DNA from: a virus
Lineage: Duplodnaviria > Caudoviricetes
Virus record (IMG/VR): IMGVR_UViG_3300022217_000049
Location: 1-25,641 of that record
Length of the DNA stretch: 25,641 nt
Reading direction: 5' to 3' (one strand)
Position numbers and translations under genes: made by a program. Under the pieces are notes generated by a model. The model saw only the letters and a program-made list of their open reading frames with translations, searched no databases and was not told the origin of the DNA. Of this stretch, positions 1-8,964 are shown piece after piece (within the stretch, counting starts at the first letter, position 1; each line of letters begins with the position of its first letter).

Positions 1-1374
1 CTGCAGCTGGGCAAGCTCTTCATCCAATGCAGCAATCTCCTCTTCCCGTTCTAAGGCCCTGGTTGCTGCCTGTATTCTGCCAAGCTCCATCAAGCCTTCA
101 ATCGCTTGCCGTATGTTCTCAAACATGTTGCGGAAGAAGTCTCCAAAGGTGTCATCAAGCCACTCGATGATTCCGGCCAGCTCATTCTTGAAAACCTCCC
201 ATGCTGCTACACCATCGGTTTTGAGCCATTCAGCCATTTCGGCAAGAGCACCGAGGATGCCACCCTCTCCGGTAAAACGGTCAACGAAGTCTCCAATCAT
301 GGATTCTCCGCCTTCCAGCCAGACGATGAAATCCTCTATCAGCAAGGGTATGATGACCAGGATACCCACCAATGCAGCCTGGAACAGTGCAGCCTTGACC
401 GTTGCAGCAGTCAGCCCAGTCCCAAGCGCAACCACTGCAGCGTACAGGAATTGTATGCCAGCCACGATTTTGAAGCCGATGAACAACAGAAAGAGAGCCT
501 TCACCAACTCGATGTTGTCGCCTATCCACTCGAGGGTGATGGCTAGCAACTCCAAGGCTGGCGTGAGAATCTTACCGATGGAATGAGCAATGGTGCCTGA
601 CCCTGCAAACATATCCCTGAGAGCCTGCAAGACTTTCCGCATTGCGTCAGCAACCCCAGCTTCACCAATCTCCCTGAAGAACAAGGTGATGTTGTCTTTG
701 AGGTTCGAGATAATTCCTCCGAGGGTCAACATCTGCCTACCCATCTGCCCCGCATACCGTTGTTCTGCAAGGTTGATGAGGTGGGCCTGAATGGTTGCAG
801 CGTCACGCTCGATGGTCTGGGTCACCCCGTCAAACGTGACTGCAAGCCTGTCACCCTCAACTCGCGCAATGATGCCGAACCGCTTCAAGGGCTCCATCTC
901 GCCGAATGCAGCAGACCGTACTGCAGTAACAGACTCGGAGATATCCGCACCGAATGCTGAGGCCATGTCACCCATGGCAGTCAGCGCGCGGTCAGAGTTG
1001 TCCAGCCCTGCAGCTCCAAGCTGGATGAATGCATCAGTCACGTTTTCCAGGGCAAACGGAGTGGTTGCAGCCAGATTGACCATCCTGTCCATGGCGGCCC
1101 TGGCTCCATCAGCGCTGCGGGTGATGGTCTCCAAGCTGGACTGCAACCGCTCAAAGGTCACGTTCACAGTCACCAACTGCCTTGCGGCAACTGCAGCAGC
1201 AGCCAGACCTAGAAACCTTGTAGCAAGTGAAGCCAGGCCTGACGAGAATGCAGTGTTGGCTACCGCTGCCCTCTGGGCTGTACGGGTGTAGGCCTGCACT
1301 TGGCGATTGGCTCGCCTGAGCTTGCCTTCCTCAACCCTGTACCCGAGCACTGTCAGAAGTTCTCTGACTATCAT
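1..1374 (-). CDS. Tail tape measure protein, 5' part (458 codons in window, runs off the left edge)
   Basis: Not in the ORF track. Translated by hand from ATG 1374 (MIVRELLTVLGYRVEEGK...FERLQSSLETIT...AATTPFALENVTDAFIQL...EMEPLKRFGI...), open to position 1. Ala-rich helical sequence with a hydrophobic stretch. ATGA overlap with the chaperone extension stop; canonical position after tube and chaperones. Confidence 0.9.
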   Translation of the reverse strand, partial: MIVRELLTVLGYRVEEGKLRRANRQVQAYTRTAQRAAVANTAFSSGLASLATRFLGLAAAAVAARQLVTVNVTFERLQSSLETITRSADGARAAMDRMVNLAATTPFALENVTDAFIQLGAAGLDNSDRALTAMGDMASAFGADISESVTAVRSAAFGEMEPLKRFGIIARVEGDRLAVTFDGVTQTIERDAATIQAHLINLAEQRYAGQMGRQMLTLGGIISNLKDNITLFFREIGEAGVADAMRKVLQALRDMFAGSGTIAHSIGKILTPALELLAITLEWIGDNIELVKALFLLFIGFKIVAGIQFLYAAVVALGTGLTAATVKAALFQAALVGILVIIPLLIEDFIVWLEGGESMIGDFVDRFTGEGGILGALAEMAEWLKTDGVAAWEVFKNELAGIIEWLDDTFGDFFRNMFENIRQAIEGLMELGRIQAATRALEREEEIAALDEELAQLQ

Positions 1375-1631
1375 TGCTTCACCTTTGGTAGCTTCAGCTC
1401 CATCTCTAGAGCTTCCATATCGAGGAAGGCTGCAGCCCTGACTAGGTCGTCAACCGACCAGTGGAGCTGCACATTGACTAGCTGTTCTCCTGAACCACGC
1501 CACACCCTGTACACCATATCCGGCACACCAAGCGCGCCTACAACCAACCGCTTGCGGCGCAAGCGAGGGTTTACCGCTTGAAGGCCGCTACCAATGCCCT
1601 GACGTCTGGTAGCGACCCAGCGAACAAATTT
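1371..1631 (-). CDS. Tail assembly chaperone frameshift extension (gpT-like, -1 frame)
   Basis: The ORF 1371..1652 overlaps the chaperone 3' end in the -1 frame, has no good start or RBS of its own, and ends at the tape measure start. Confidence 0.75.
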   Translation of the reverse strand, partial: KFVRWVATRRQGIGSGLQAVNPRLRRKRLVVGALGVPDMVYRVWRGSGEQLVNVQLHWSVDDLVRAAAFLDMEALEMELKLPKVKQ

Positions 1632-2080
1632 GAGTAGTTGGCTGTCAAGCAATGGGTGGCAATCACTGCCATCTCTTGGTAGTTGCCTGCCATGTCTTGG
1701 TTGATGGTCCAGGTGGACTCTGGCGGTCCTGCCATGGCTGAGCTGAACTTCTTCCCGTCTCTCAGGGTGTACTCAAACAGCCTCTTGAAAATGGCTGTGC
1801 CGTCCCTGCTTCTCAGGAGCTGCAGGGCAAAGCGAGCCAACCCCTTGCCAAGCAGGGCAAGGTCAAGGTCAGCCTCGGTGAACTGCCCCTGACCATCACC
1901 CTGCAACTTCATTATGGCTCGCTGCCCTGCATCCAACATCTCACCAAAAGCCTCGCTGCACACAGCAACCAAGTCAACAAACAGGGTCCAGCCCTCCTCG
2001 CCAGGGTGTTGCTCAACCTTCAGCTTGTGGACCTTACCCATTGCATCAACCGTCTCATACTCAAACTTCTGTCTACTCAC
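1571..2080 (-). CDS. Tail assembly chaperone (gpG-like)
   Basis: 169 aa between tube and tape measure genes; GTG start with GGAGG RBS; slippery site near the C-terminus. Confidence 0.8.
   Translation of the reverse strand: MSRQKFEYETVDAMGKVHKLKVEQHPGEEGWTLFVDLVAVCSEAFGEMLDAGQRAIMKLQGDGQGQFTEADLDLALLGKGLARFALQLLRSRDGTAIFKRLFEYTLRDGKKFSSAMAGPPESTWTINQDMAGNYQEMAVIATHCLTANYSNLFAGSLPDVRALVAAFKR
1625..1631 (-). other. Programmed -1 frameshift slippery heptamer A AAT TTG
   Basis: Minus strand TCA AAT TTG fits X XXY YYZ in the chaperone frame. A -1 slip gives AAA TTT GTT CGC TGG (KFVRW), the frame of the downstream ORF. Confidence 0.75.
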
Positions 2081-2108
2081 CGTTTACCTCCATTGACGTT
2101 GTGTGTGG

Positions 2109-2564
2109 CTAGATGGTTGGCAGGCCTGACAGCAGGTCAAGCGTAGAATCCACAGGAACCTCGATGACCTTACCACAGTCAATCACCCACTCCCTCTCAC
2201 CCACCTCTTTCTCCCAGCTGTGGTCTGCACCCTTCATCACCCAGCCATCCTCGCTGAAGTACTCCAGGCCAGTGCTTGGGTCATACAGGTTGACAGGCAC
2301 CACGCCCAGACCACCCTCAACATCTGCAAGGTAGAGGCCCTGCAGAATGGCGTTGATGCGCGAGGTCTGCATACAGGTGATTGTGAACTTGCCACCTTGG
2401 TTGTTGGTGCGTGACCGTGTTGCCTCACCATCACACCCAGTCTTCTTCGTCCAGGCATCTTCGTCGTAGGCGAAAGCCACAAAAGCGGTTTCACCTCCTC
2501 CCTTCAATGGCACACCAGCCACCGAAAGGTTTATCTTGTTGACATCGTATGTGATTGTCGCCAC
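2109..2564 (-). CDS. Tail tube protein (DUF3277-like)
   Basis: 151 aa directly after the sheath; TYD..KINLSVAG...GCDGEATRSRTNNQGGKFTITCMQTS...REWVIDC pattern typical of tubes paired with DUF3383 sheaths. Confidence 0.85.
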   Translation of the reverse strand: MATITYDVNKINLSVAGVPLKGGGETAFVAFAYDEDAWTKKTGCDGEATRSRTNNQGGKFTITCMQTSRINAILQGLYLADVEGGLGVVPVNLYDPSTGLEYFSEDGWVMKGADHSWEKEVGEREWVIDCGKVIEVPVDSTLDLLSGLPTI

Positions 2565-2588
2565 TTCAAGCCTCCTCGGGTCTATGGG

Positions 2589-3935
2589 TTATGCGGGCAG
2601 CGTAGTCACCACGTTGCCTGTGATTGTTGCACTCTGGATGGCTCCAGCGAATTCAGCAGCAAAGCTCCAAGACAACCGTCTAGCATCGATGTCAGCCTGG
2701 TCCACATCAGCCCTGTTCGGCACGGTGACTGTGTAGTTGGCGTTGACGTGGCTGACCTTGAAGCCCTTCTCGAGCCTGTTCTTCGTCAGGGCTCGGTGGG
2801 CCTGGATGCCATCATCGTCATAGTTGATTTTCTCGTTGCGGTTGGAAATGCTCAGGTACCACCTCCAAATGTCTTCGCGCAACCTGAAGTACAGCCAGTC
2901 GACTGTGATGACATTGTCAAGCCACTTGCCATCTGGGGTCTTGCCTTCCCAGGTAGAACCCACACCCCCAACCGTCTCGTAGAATGACGCGTTCTTGCCC
3001 TTGATGTAGCCCTGCTCTGTCGTGGTCAGGGTGTCTGCAGTGATGCCTGTGAGTGTCTTCAAGGCCCAGATGGTGGTCTGCAGGTCTGGGTCAGCAGCAG
3101 CCACCTTTCCGGCCCAGGCTTCAGCTGTGGTGGTTGCATCCACCGAATACCACAGCACCCCAGTCCTGAAGTAGTTGCCATCCTTCAGCCTGCTTGCAAC
3201 GTCAGTCGATGCAGACGATTTGACGTCTGCTTCTGAGGTCTGACCGATGAAGAGCTTGTGCAGGGTCTCGATGTAGACTGCAGCCTCATACACCTGGTCT
3301 GGGTCCCTATCCTCAATGCAGATGTAGAAGGGGTCATCGTCTTCAGCAAACACAGCTGCAAGTTCTTCTGCCCAGCCGAGGTTGGCTGTGGAGCCTGCAC
3401 CGACTGCTGACTTGGTTGCAGCTCCACCGGATGCAGGGGTGATGGTGGAAGTAAAGGAAATACCAGCTGTGTCAGCTGTGACTGTCAGGGTGTCACCTGC
3501 CCCCGCAGCCACCGTCACATCAGGGGCTGCAGCTGCAGCGGTGACCAACCCATCCCTGATGTCTGCTGCAGTGTCTCCACCTCCAGCCGCATAGGTGTAA
3601 TCCACCCCGTCGATGGTCAGGTCCCAGTTCCCTGCAGCTGCAGTATCGATGGTCCATTCGTCCACCTGGGCCACAAAGGCAGTGTCACACCTGCCCACAC
3701 CAACCTGGTCCGGATGCACTGTCTGGCTGAAGATAGCCACAAGCGCAAGGTACTCGTAGTCAGTGGAGCTGATGCCAGCCTCGCTGTCAGCCAACAACTC
3801 TGCAGCGCTGGCATACCACCTGATTCTCTCGGTGAACCCAACCGTTTGACCAGCCACCATCAGCTTGAAGGCAGCAACCCCAACAGGTGGAGGGTCCAAC
3901 GAAATGCTTATGTTAACAACATCCTCGATTGCCAT
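2589..3935 (-). CDS. Contractile tail sheath protein (DUF3383-like)
   Basis: 448 aa; MAIEDVVNISISL start; TIWALKTLTGITAD, GKTPDGKWLDNVITVDWL, KINYDDDGI and AGAIQSATITG motifs. Confidence 0.9.
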   Translation of the reverse strand: MAIEDVVNISISLDPPPVGVAAFKLMVAGQTVGFTERIRWYASAAELLADSEAGISSTDYEYLALVAIFSQTVHPDQVGVGRCDTAFVAQVDEWTIDTAAAGNWDLTIDGVDYTYAAGGGDTAADIRDGLVTAAAAAPDVTVAAGAGDTLTVTADTAGISFTSTITPASGGAATKSAVGAGSTANLGWAEELAAVFAEDDDPFYICIEDRDPDQVYEAAVYIETLHKLFIGQTSEADVKSSASTDVASRLKDGNYFRTGVLWYSVDATTTAEAWAGKVAAADPDLQTTIWALKTLTGITADTLTTTEQGYIKGKNASFYETVGGVGSTWEGKTPDGKWLDNVITVDWLYFRLREDIWRWYLSISNRNEKINYDDDGIQAHRALTKNRLEKGFKVSHVNANYTVTVPNRADVDQADIDARRLSWSFAAEFAGAIQSATITGNVVTTLPA

Positions 3936-3950
3936 CGCTTCTCTTCTCCT

Positions 3951-4481
3951 TTATGGCCAATCAACCGCTATGTCTACGTCAGTGCTGTCAACCTGGCCTG
4001 AGACAACAGCATGTTCGATTGTTCCACCTGCATCAGAGCCCACAAGGGTCTTCGTATAATTCCACCTCACCCTGAGGTCTACCCCTGCTCTTTCTTCGCG
4101 TTCAGCGTCCACAGCCTCAGTAAGGTTGGTGGTCTGAACCACATCCACAACCGCAATGCCAGACACACTGCTGAGGGCTCCATATTCAGTGGTAGCCTGG
4201 AACATAGTGTCCGCAAGGTCGTCAGCTCCATCACCAAAAAACTGCACTGAGAAGGTAGACAGCCGAATGCCACTGATGAGCTTTGCTGAATCCCCACCTA
4301 CTGCAGTGGTCTGCATTACATCGTCAGTTCCTTCCCGTACCGTAGCAATGCGCAATATCGTGGCATATTGCTTGGCTGCCCTGGTTCCACCTTCGTTGCC
4401 AAAGACCACCTTGCCAACAGCCAGACCTGACATCAGCACAACTAGGTCTCTCACCTCCTGCCTGAGCTGTTCGTTGGTCAT
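3951..4481 (-). CDS. Tail terminator / neck protein
   Basis: 176 aa immediately upstream of the sheath; SVQFFG and EERAGVDLRV motifs; synteny. Confidence 0.7.
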   Translation of the reverse strand: MTNEQLRQEVRDLVVLMSGLAVGKVVFGNEGGTRAAKQYATILRIATVREGTDDVMQTTAVGGDSAKLISGIRLSTFSVQFFGDGADDLADTMFQATTEYGALSSVSGIAVVDVVQTTNLTEAVDAEREERAGVDLRVRWNYTKTLVGSDAGGTIEHAVVSGQVDSTDVDIAVDWP

Positions 4482-4801
4482 GGCTCCACCTTGCGGGTCA
4501 GGTACACCTTGGTGTGCGGTATGACCTCCTGCAGCTCCTTTATCTGGACCACCAGATAGGTCTCACCGTCAACGTCAATCTCATCACCTGCCTGAATATC
4601 ACCCTCTGTATAGAGCTTGTGTGTGACGCTTTCTCTGACACCCAACTCGAGGTCTTGCCTTTCAATCCCCCCCAGAGGCTGCCTGAGCGTACAGGAGACC
4701 GTTGACACAGTCGGAGCCCCCGCTACCCAATGACCATCCACGTAGGACCCAGGAGCGTACCTGGTGACCTCATAGGCCGCGCTGCTGAAGAAGCTAACCA
4801 C
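4478..4801 (-). CDS. Head closure / stopper protein
   Basis: 107 aa; VTRYAPGSYVDGHWV, KLYTEG and GDEIDVDGETYLV beta-rich pattern; synteny. Confidence 0.75.
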   Translation of the reverse strand: MVSFFSSAAYEVTRYAPGSYVDGHWVAGAPTVSTVSCTLRQPLGGIERQDLELGVRESVTHKLYTEGDIQAGDEIDVDGETYLVVQIKELQEVIPHTKVYLTRKVEP

Positions 4802-5291
4802 GGTGCATCCTCCTGCCCGCCTTGGTCACCACCTCATACCAGCAGGTATTGCGCATTGTCCCCGTGTCTATCAGTGGAGAACTACTCTTCTTTTGACGCA
4901 CCGTTGCGGGTGCATTCGGAACAGCCCATTTTCGCGCGTCAGTGATGCTCTGAACCACGTCATTGCGGGCCACCAGCCCAACAACCGATAAAATCCCATC
5001 AAAGGTGATATGACCGTCAAAGAACCTCCCTTCCAGCTTCGCAAACAGTGCTGTGTACTTCTGCATATTGCGGTCGAAAGCCCTCCTCATGAAGGGCCTC
5101 TCTGGGATAGACTTGGTTCCGAACTCGTTGAACATGGCATACTGAGCTACCGTGGTACCTGCGCTGGAGCCTGCCCCAGGGAACCAACCCACCCGCACCT
5201 TCCCATTGTGCCTACCATCGGTCAGGCCCCGATAGATACGGGCATATCCTCGGTCTTTGTCGACCACATATGACGTACCATCACCAGCCAT
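4794..5291 (-). CDS. Neck / tail completion protein (Ne1, HK97 gp10-like position)
   Basis: VRVGW...AMFNEFGT..IPERPFMR...PNAPATV.QK.SSSPLIDTG.MR motifs. Start moved to ATG 5291 because of a TAATG overlap with the upstream stop. Confidence 0.8.
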   Translation of the reverse strand: MAGDGTSYVVDKDRGYARIYRGLTDGRHNGKVRVGWFPGAGSSAGTTVAQYAMFNEFGTKSIPERPFMRRAFDRNMQKYTALFAKLEGRFFDGHITFDGILSVVGLVARNDVVQSITDARKWAVPNAPATVRQKKSSSPLIDTGTMRNTCWYEVVTKAGRRMHRG

Positions 5292-5719
5292 TACATCCCC
5301 GGAAGAATACGGTAGGGCTGCCAAAACATGGCAACCTCGTTGGTCAGGTATCCTCCTCCTGCGCTTTGCGAGGAATACATCTGACCTGCACTCATAAAAG
5401 TCCTTGACACGTCCCCAGCTTTTTCAGCCTTCACCCCCGAGGCCGCCCCACCTCCACCAGCACCAACACCCAAGCCAAGGCCAGGAATACGCGACATCTG
5501 ACCGGCCCAGGTGTAAACCCCGTACTTCACAGGGCCTGGAATGGGAAGCTCAGACCCATCATCAGGGTCAAGAAATTCGTTGTTGAGATACTCGTCTGCT
5601 ATCTCCTTGGCAGCCCCGAACAAGTCTGTCAACAGGTCATCGTAGGTTGCCACTGTGACGCCCAGATATGCCTTCATTTCGGCTAAGTCGAGGTCAAGCC
5701 TATCTACTACCGCTCCCAT
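5291..5719 (-). CDS. Head-tail connector / adaptor (gp6-like)
   Basis: LDLAEMKAYLGV...DDLLTDLFGAAKEIADEYLN...IPGPVK...VKAEKAGDVSRTF...WQPYR pattern. Confidence 0.85.
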   Translation of the reverse strand: MGAVVDRLDLDLAEMKAYLGVTVATYDDLLTDLFGAAKEIADEYLNNEFLDPDDGSELPIPGPVKYGVYTWAGQMSRIPGLGLGVGAGGGGAASGVKAEKAGDVSRTFMSAGQMYSSQSAGGGYLTNEVAMFWQPYRILPGM

Positions 5720-5723
5720 TCAG

Positions 5724-5927
5724 TCACCCCGTATACAGCCTCTCAGCAGCCCTCACGGCATCCTGGTAGGAATCATAGAGCTTGTCAGGGTAGCCCTGCA
5801 CCCAATACACATCAGCAGACAGGCGGAAATGGATAGGTAGCTTTGGGGCAGGATGTACGCTTCCCTCAGGGTCGATACCGAATCCGTCGTCTGGGTCAGC
5901 CCCAGTGTCCTGCTCAATCAACGCCAT
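5724..5927 (-). CDS. Hypothetical protein (about 67 aa)
   Basis: Fills the gap between neighbours. ATG 5927 with an AAGGGG RBS is preferred over the 6005 start, which overlaps the upstream gene by 92 nt. Confidence 0.55.
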   Translation of the reverse strand: MALIEQDTGADPDDGFGIDPEGSVHPAPKLPIHFRLSADVYWVQGYPDKLYDSYQDAVRAAERLYTG

Positions 5928-6219
5928 GTGCGCAATACCCCTTGTGTGAATCCAAGGCACCTGCGCTTGCATACACTCTGCCGCAACCACAGGTGTAGAA
6001 TCCATCCGCCTGTCTGCTGATGCCCTCCTTTACCTCAGGAGGTACGAACGGCTTGTTTTCCTCAGGGGCAACCAGAGTGGCTTCTCGTTCCTCAGGCACC
6101 TGGACAACCGTTCCATGAACACTGTGTATGCGGAATGCAATCGCGTCCATATGGATGACCTGGCCTACCGTCCAGCCATAGTCTTCGCTTGCCCTGATGA
6201 CCTTTGCTTTGATGACCAT
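5914..6219 (-). CDS. Small post-capsid protein with a C-terminal Zn-finger-like motif
   Basis: 101 aa; FYTCGCGRVYASAGALDSHKGYC resembles a C2H2/C2HC finger; GGGG RBS. Confidence 0.7.
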   Translation of the reverse strand: MVIKAKVIRASEDYGWTVGQVIHMDAIAFRIHSVHGTVVQVPEEREATLVAPEENKPFVPPEVKEGISRQADGFYTCGCGRVYASAGALDSHKGYCAHGVD

Positions 6220-6237
6220 CTCTGTTTACCCCTGAGG

Positions 6238-6255
6238 CTAGCCTGCCTTGGCTAG
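6238..6255 (-). terminator. Hairpin after the capsid gene (possible attenuator or mRNA stabiliser)
   Basis: CTAGCC-6nt-GGCTAG; no U tract. Confidence 0.3.
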
Positions 6256-6269
6256 TTCACTTCATCGGC

Positions 6270-7739
6270 CTAGGTTGGTGCCGCATCGAAGGTGATTTTG
6301 GTGAAGGCCTTGGGACGGTCCACAGTGAGGGTGCCACGTTCCTCGAAGAGGAGGGCAATCTTGTTGCTGCCGAACCAATCCTTGTGGCTGTCAGTGCTGC
6401 GGATGTTGGCCTGCTCACGGTCCCAGTAGGTAGCACCCATGGCAAAGGAGCCAACCAGCCCGAATCCCGTGACGATGGAACCTGTGACCACGATGGGCAC
6501 TCTCCACAGGACCTGCTGACCTCCTGCCGTCACTGAGGCCCAGACATACTGTCCGTCAGTGGCCTTCAGCAACTCAATCTCCTGCCATTCGTCGTGGTGC
6601 AGCACACCACCGGTGGACAGGTAGTTGCTTTTGTTGGCGAGGGTCATGGCCTTGCGGAACGCGTCCAGCTTGGTATCCGGGGGTGGTCCAACCGAACCAC
6701 TTGACCAGAGGTAACTGTTGATGTCGGTATCGGCCATGATGCCGGTCAACTGGGTGGACCCACCTGCACCGTACAGAAGTTGATACTCATGAGACTGCCT
6801 GGCAACCTCTGGCATTCGTTGGTCGACGTATGCAGCCAGCAGTCTGGAATCCTCCATTATCTGGCGGGTGACTGCCAACATTGTTGCAAGGGTCCTGACA
6901 CTGGAGGTCACCAGCTCGGTCTCCACCTCCATGTTCGGCTTCAGCCTTGTCTCGGGCGTCATGACGAACTTGTCAGCAGTGACTGGAGCCCCCACACTGT
7001 GAGCCCCTGCAATCGCGACAGTGACGGTGATGGTGTTGGTGTCGAGGTCAACCCCGTCAGTGTCGATGATTTTGGTTTCGCCGTCCACATCAATGGTCTG
7101 GCCAGGGTAGAACCCATTGGCATTGTCAACCACGATGTCTGTTTCTGCGCCCACCAGGGCAGTTGCAAGGGTGGCATACAGCTGCCAGATTTGCTTCTCC
7201 CTCACATACTCGATGGAGCCCTCTGACAGCGGTAGCGATGGAATGAGGGCTCGTATCTGCGGAGCCTCCACTGCAGGCATGATGACACCCTCGCGGCGGA
7301 AAGCGTCCACCAAGGCTGCACCTGCACCCACACCACTGGAAGTGCCGGACGAAAGGGTCTTGCGCTGTAGGCTCCACTCCTTGCCAACCTCGACAGGCGT
7401 CGACTTGAACTCACCCGATGAGAGCATCTTCTTGACAGAGTCTGACTCAGCAAACACCTGACCCATTGTCTTGATGAGCTGTCCACTACCACCACCGAAC
7501 CCAGGCCTGTTCAGGCGAGCCTCCAAGCCATCGATGCGCTTGGTGAAGTCGGTGAACCCGGCTTTCTGCTCATCGTACTGCTTGACCATTCCCTCGATGG
7601 TTTTGGCAAGGCTATCATCGCGGTCCCTGTGCTTCTTCAGGTGGGCCTCTTGCTCATCGAGCTTCTTCCCGAGGTCAGCCATCGTAACGGCCAGTTCATC
7701 GGTGATGCCCTTGATTTCCTTCTCTAGCATTCCTGACAT
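6270..7739 (-). CDS. Major capsid protein, HK97 fold, with delta domain and E-loop insertion
   Basis: Coiled-coil N-terminus; QRK/TLS putative cleavage site; IEYVRE...PE..LKP, VRTLA....VTRQIMED, QLLYGAG, IELLKATDGQY and LFEER..L.V.RPKAF motifs. Confidence 0.95.
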   Translation of the reverse strand: MSGMLEKEIKGITDELAVTMADLGKKLDEQEAHLKKHRDRDDSLAKTIEGMVKQYDEQKAGFTDFTKRIDGLEARLNRPGFGGGSGQLIKTMGQVFAESDSVKKMLSSGEFKSTPVEVGKEWSLQRKTLSSGTSSGVGAGAALVDAFRREGVIMPAVEAPQIRALIPSLPLSEGSIEYVREKQIWQLYATLATALVGAETDIVVDNANGFYPGQTIDVDGETKIIDTDGVDLDTNTITVTVAIAGAHSVGAPVTADKFVMTPETRLKPNMEVETELVTSSVRTLATMLAVTRQIMEDSRLLAAYVDQRMPEVARQSHEYQLLYGAGGSTQLTGIMADTDINSYLWSSGSVGPPPDTKLDAFRKAMTLANKSNYLSTGGVLHHDEWQEIELLKATDGQYVWASVTAGGQQVLWRVPIVVTGSIVTGFGLVGSFAMGATYWDREQANIRSTDSHKDWFGSNKIALLFEERGTLTVDRPKAFTKITFDAAPT

Positions 7740-7742
7740 TTC

Positions 7743-8891
7743 TCACCTCTCTCCTTTTGCAATGCTCAGTATTCTCTTCAGCCCACTACCAAGCATTGTC
7801 AGGCTTTCGGCAGGGGCACTCTTGTTCCACGGGGCAACAAGTGAACTGTCGTCCCATTCTTTCCTCATCTTTGCGTAGTAGCTTTCCACATGGCTTCTGA
7901 CTGCATCAGCCTCAGCCTTGGGCATGTCTTCAAGAGCTGCAGCTACTGCGAACACAGCCCTCGGCACTGCCACCAGCTTGCCCTCCACTACATCAGCCAC
8001 TTGCAGCTTGCAGACCTTGCCATCATACCGCATAAAGGCTCGGCGGTAGGTGGTGTTTGGCGCAGCTTCAGCACCAGCCCAATCCCTGACCCTCTTCTCA
8101 GCTGCATCAGCGTTCCATTCCGTCTCACGCCCTGCAAGCGGAAGGTCCCTGAACGGCATGGCCTCCTTGGTCAGGTCAAGGGCGAGGTCATCCATGTGGT
8201 CAGCAATCCAGTGGTCAGCAGCCCTCGGCACCCAGAGGCCCTTGCTGAACCTCACCATCTGGACCCTCTTGTCCGTCATGCCATACGGCACACCAACAAG
8301 CGCCTTGACTCCTGGCTCCAACAGCAAGAGTTCAAGTGTGTCAGGCTTGAACTCACTGACGTCCCTGACCACACACTTGTGGTCATTCCAGGCCTGATGG
8401 CTGGTTACTTCCATCCGCTTGACTGCACTGATGACAGCCTCCTCATTGGACGGGAAGGTAACAGGGCTCAGTTCATACAGCTCCAACTTGTGTAGCTGTC
8501 TGATTCTGCGCCCTTTTTCTTCATCGGTGATGAACCCATGTTCAATGGTCTTGAAGCCAAAGCTCATCCGGTCAATGACTCCATCCTTCATCAGCTGATG
8601 GGTCTCAATGCCCCGAGTCGTCTTGCTCAGCCTTGCAACGAATTCAAGCCCTTTGCTGACTTCAGCAAGATGGGTTGGAATGCCGATTGGTTCCAGGATT
8701 TGGTGCTGGTACAAGATTTTGATTCTGTTGTCCTGCTTGAACCTCCGCTCCAAGGTGTCAGCAAACGACCCAGGCATCACCTGGTCATCATGGCTATCAC
8801 CCTGTATATGGGTACTTGCGAGGCCTTCAAAGGTCAGCTCCCCGTCTTGCTCCTTCGCTTCGTATTCAACCCTGCAGTCCTTGTATTCCAT
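7743..8891 (-). CDS. HK97-family prohead protease with a long C-terminal extension
   Basis: FEGLAS...DSHDDQVMPGSF, KILYQH...PIG, DRMSFGF and LELYELSPVTFPSNEEA in aa 1-158, plus about 220 extra aa. Confidence 0.92.
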   Translation of the reverse strand: MEYKDCRVEYEAKEQDGELTFEGLASTHIQGDSHDDQVMPGSFADTLERRFKQDNRIKILYQHQILEPIGIPTHLAEVSKGLEFVARLSKTTRGIETHQLMKDGVIDRMSFGFKTIEHGFITDEEKGRRIRQLHKLELYELSPVTFPSNEEAVISAVKRMEVTSHQAWNDHKCVVRDVSEFKPDTLELLLLEPGVKALVGVPYGMTDKRVQMVRFSKGLWVPRAADHWIADHMDDLALDLTKEAMPFRDLPLAGRETEWNADAAEKRVRDWAGAEAAPNTTYRRAFMRYDGKVCKLQVADVVEGKLVAVPRAVFAVAAALEDMPKAEADAVRSHVESYYAKMRKEWDDSSLVAPWNKSAPAESLTMLGSGLKRILSIAKGER

Positions 8892-8933
8892 CTGGCTACC
8901 CCTTTAACTTGCCACCAAAGCAAGACTTCTCCA

Positions 8934-8961
8934 ACAATACAGAGCCAGATAAATCTGTCAA
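8934..8961 (-). promoter_or_regulatory. Sigma70-like promoter for protease and capsid genes
   Basis: TTGACA-16 nt-TATTGT, with the -10 box about 42 nt before the protease ATG. Confidence 0.6.
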
Positions 8962-8964
8962 GGA

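Noticed and set aside
5724-6219. Possible second frameshift joining the 5914..6219 and 5724..6005 ORFs
   Set aside because: No XXXYYYZ heptamer seen in the overlap; an internal ATG at 5927 with an RBS explains the arrangement.
6257-6454. Capsid C-terminal extension by frameshift or readthrough
   Set aside because: The alternative frame ends only 13 nt past the capsid stop and encodes no domain.
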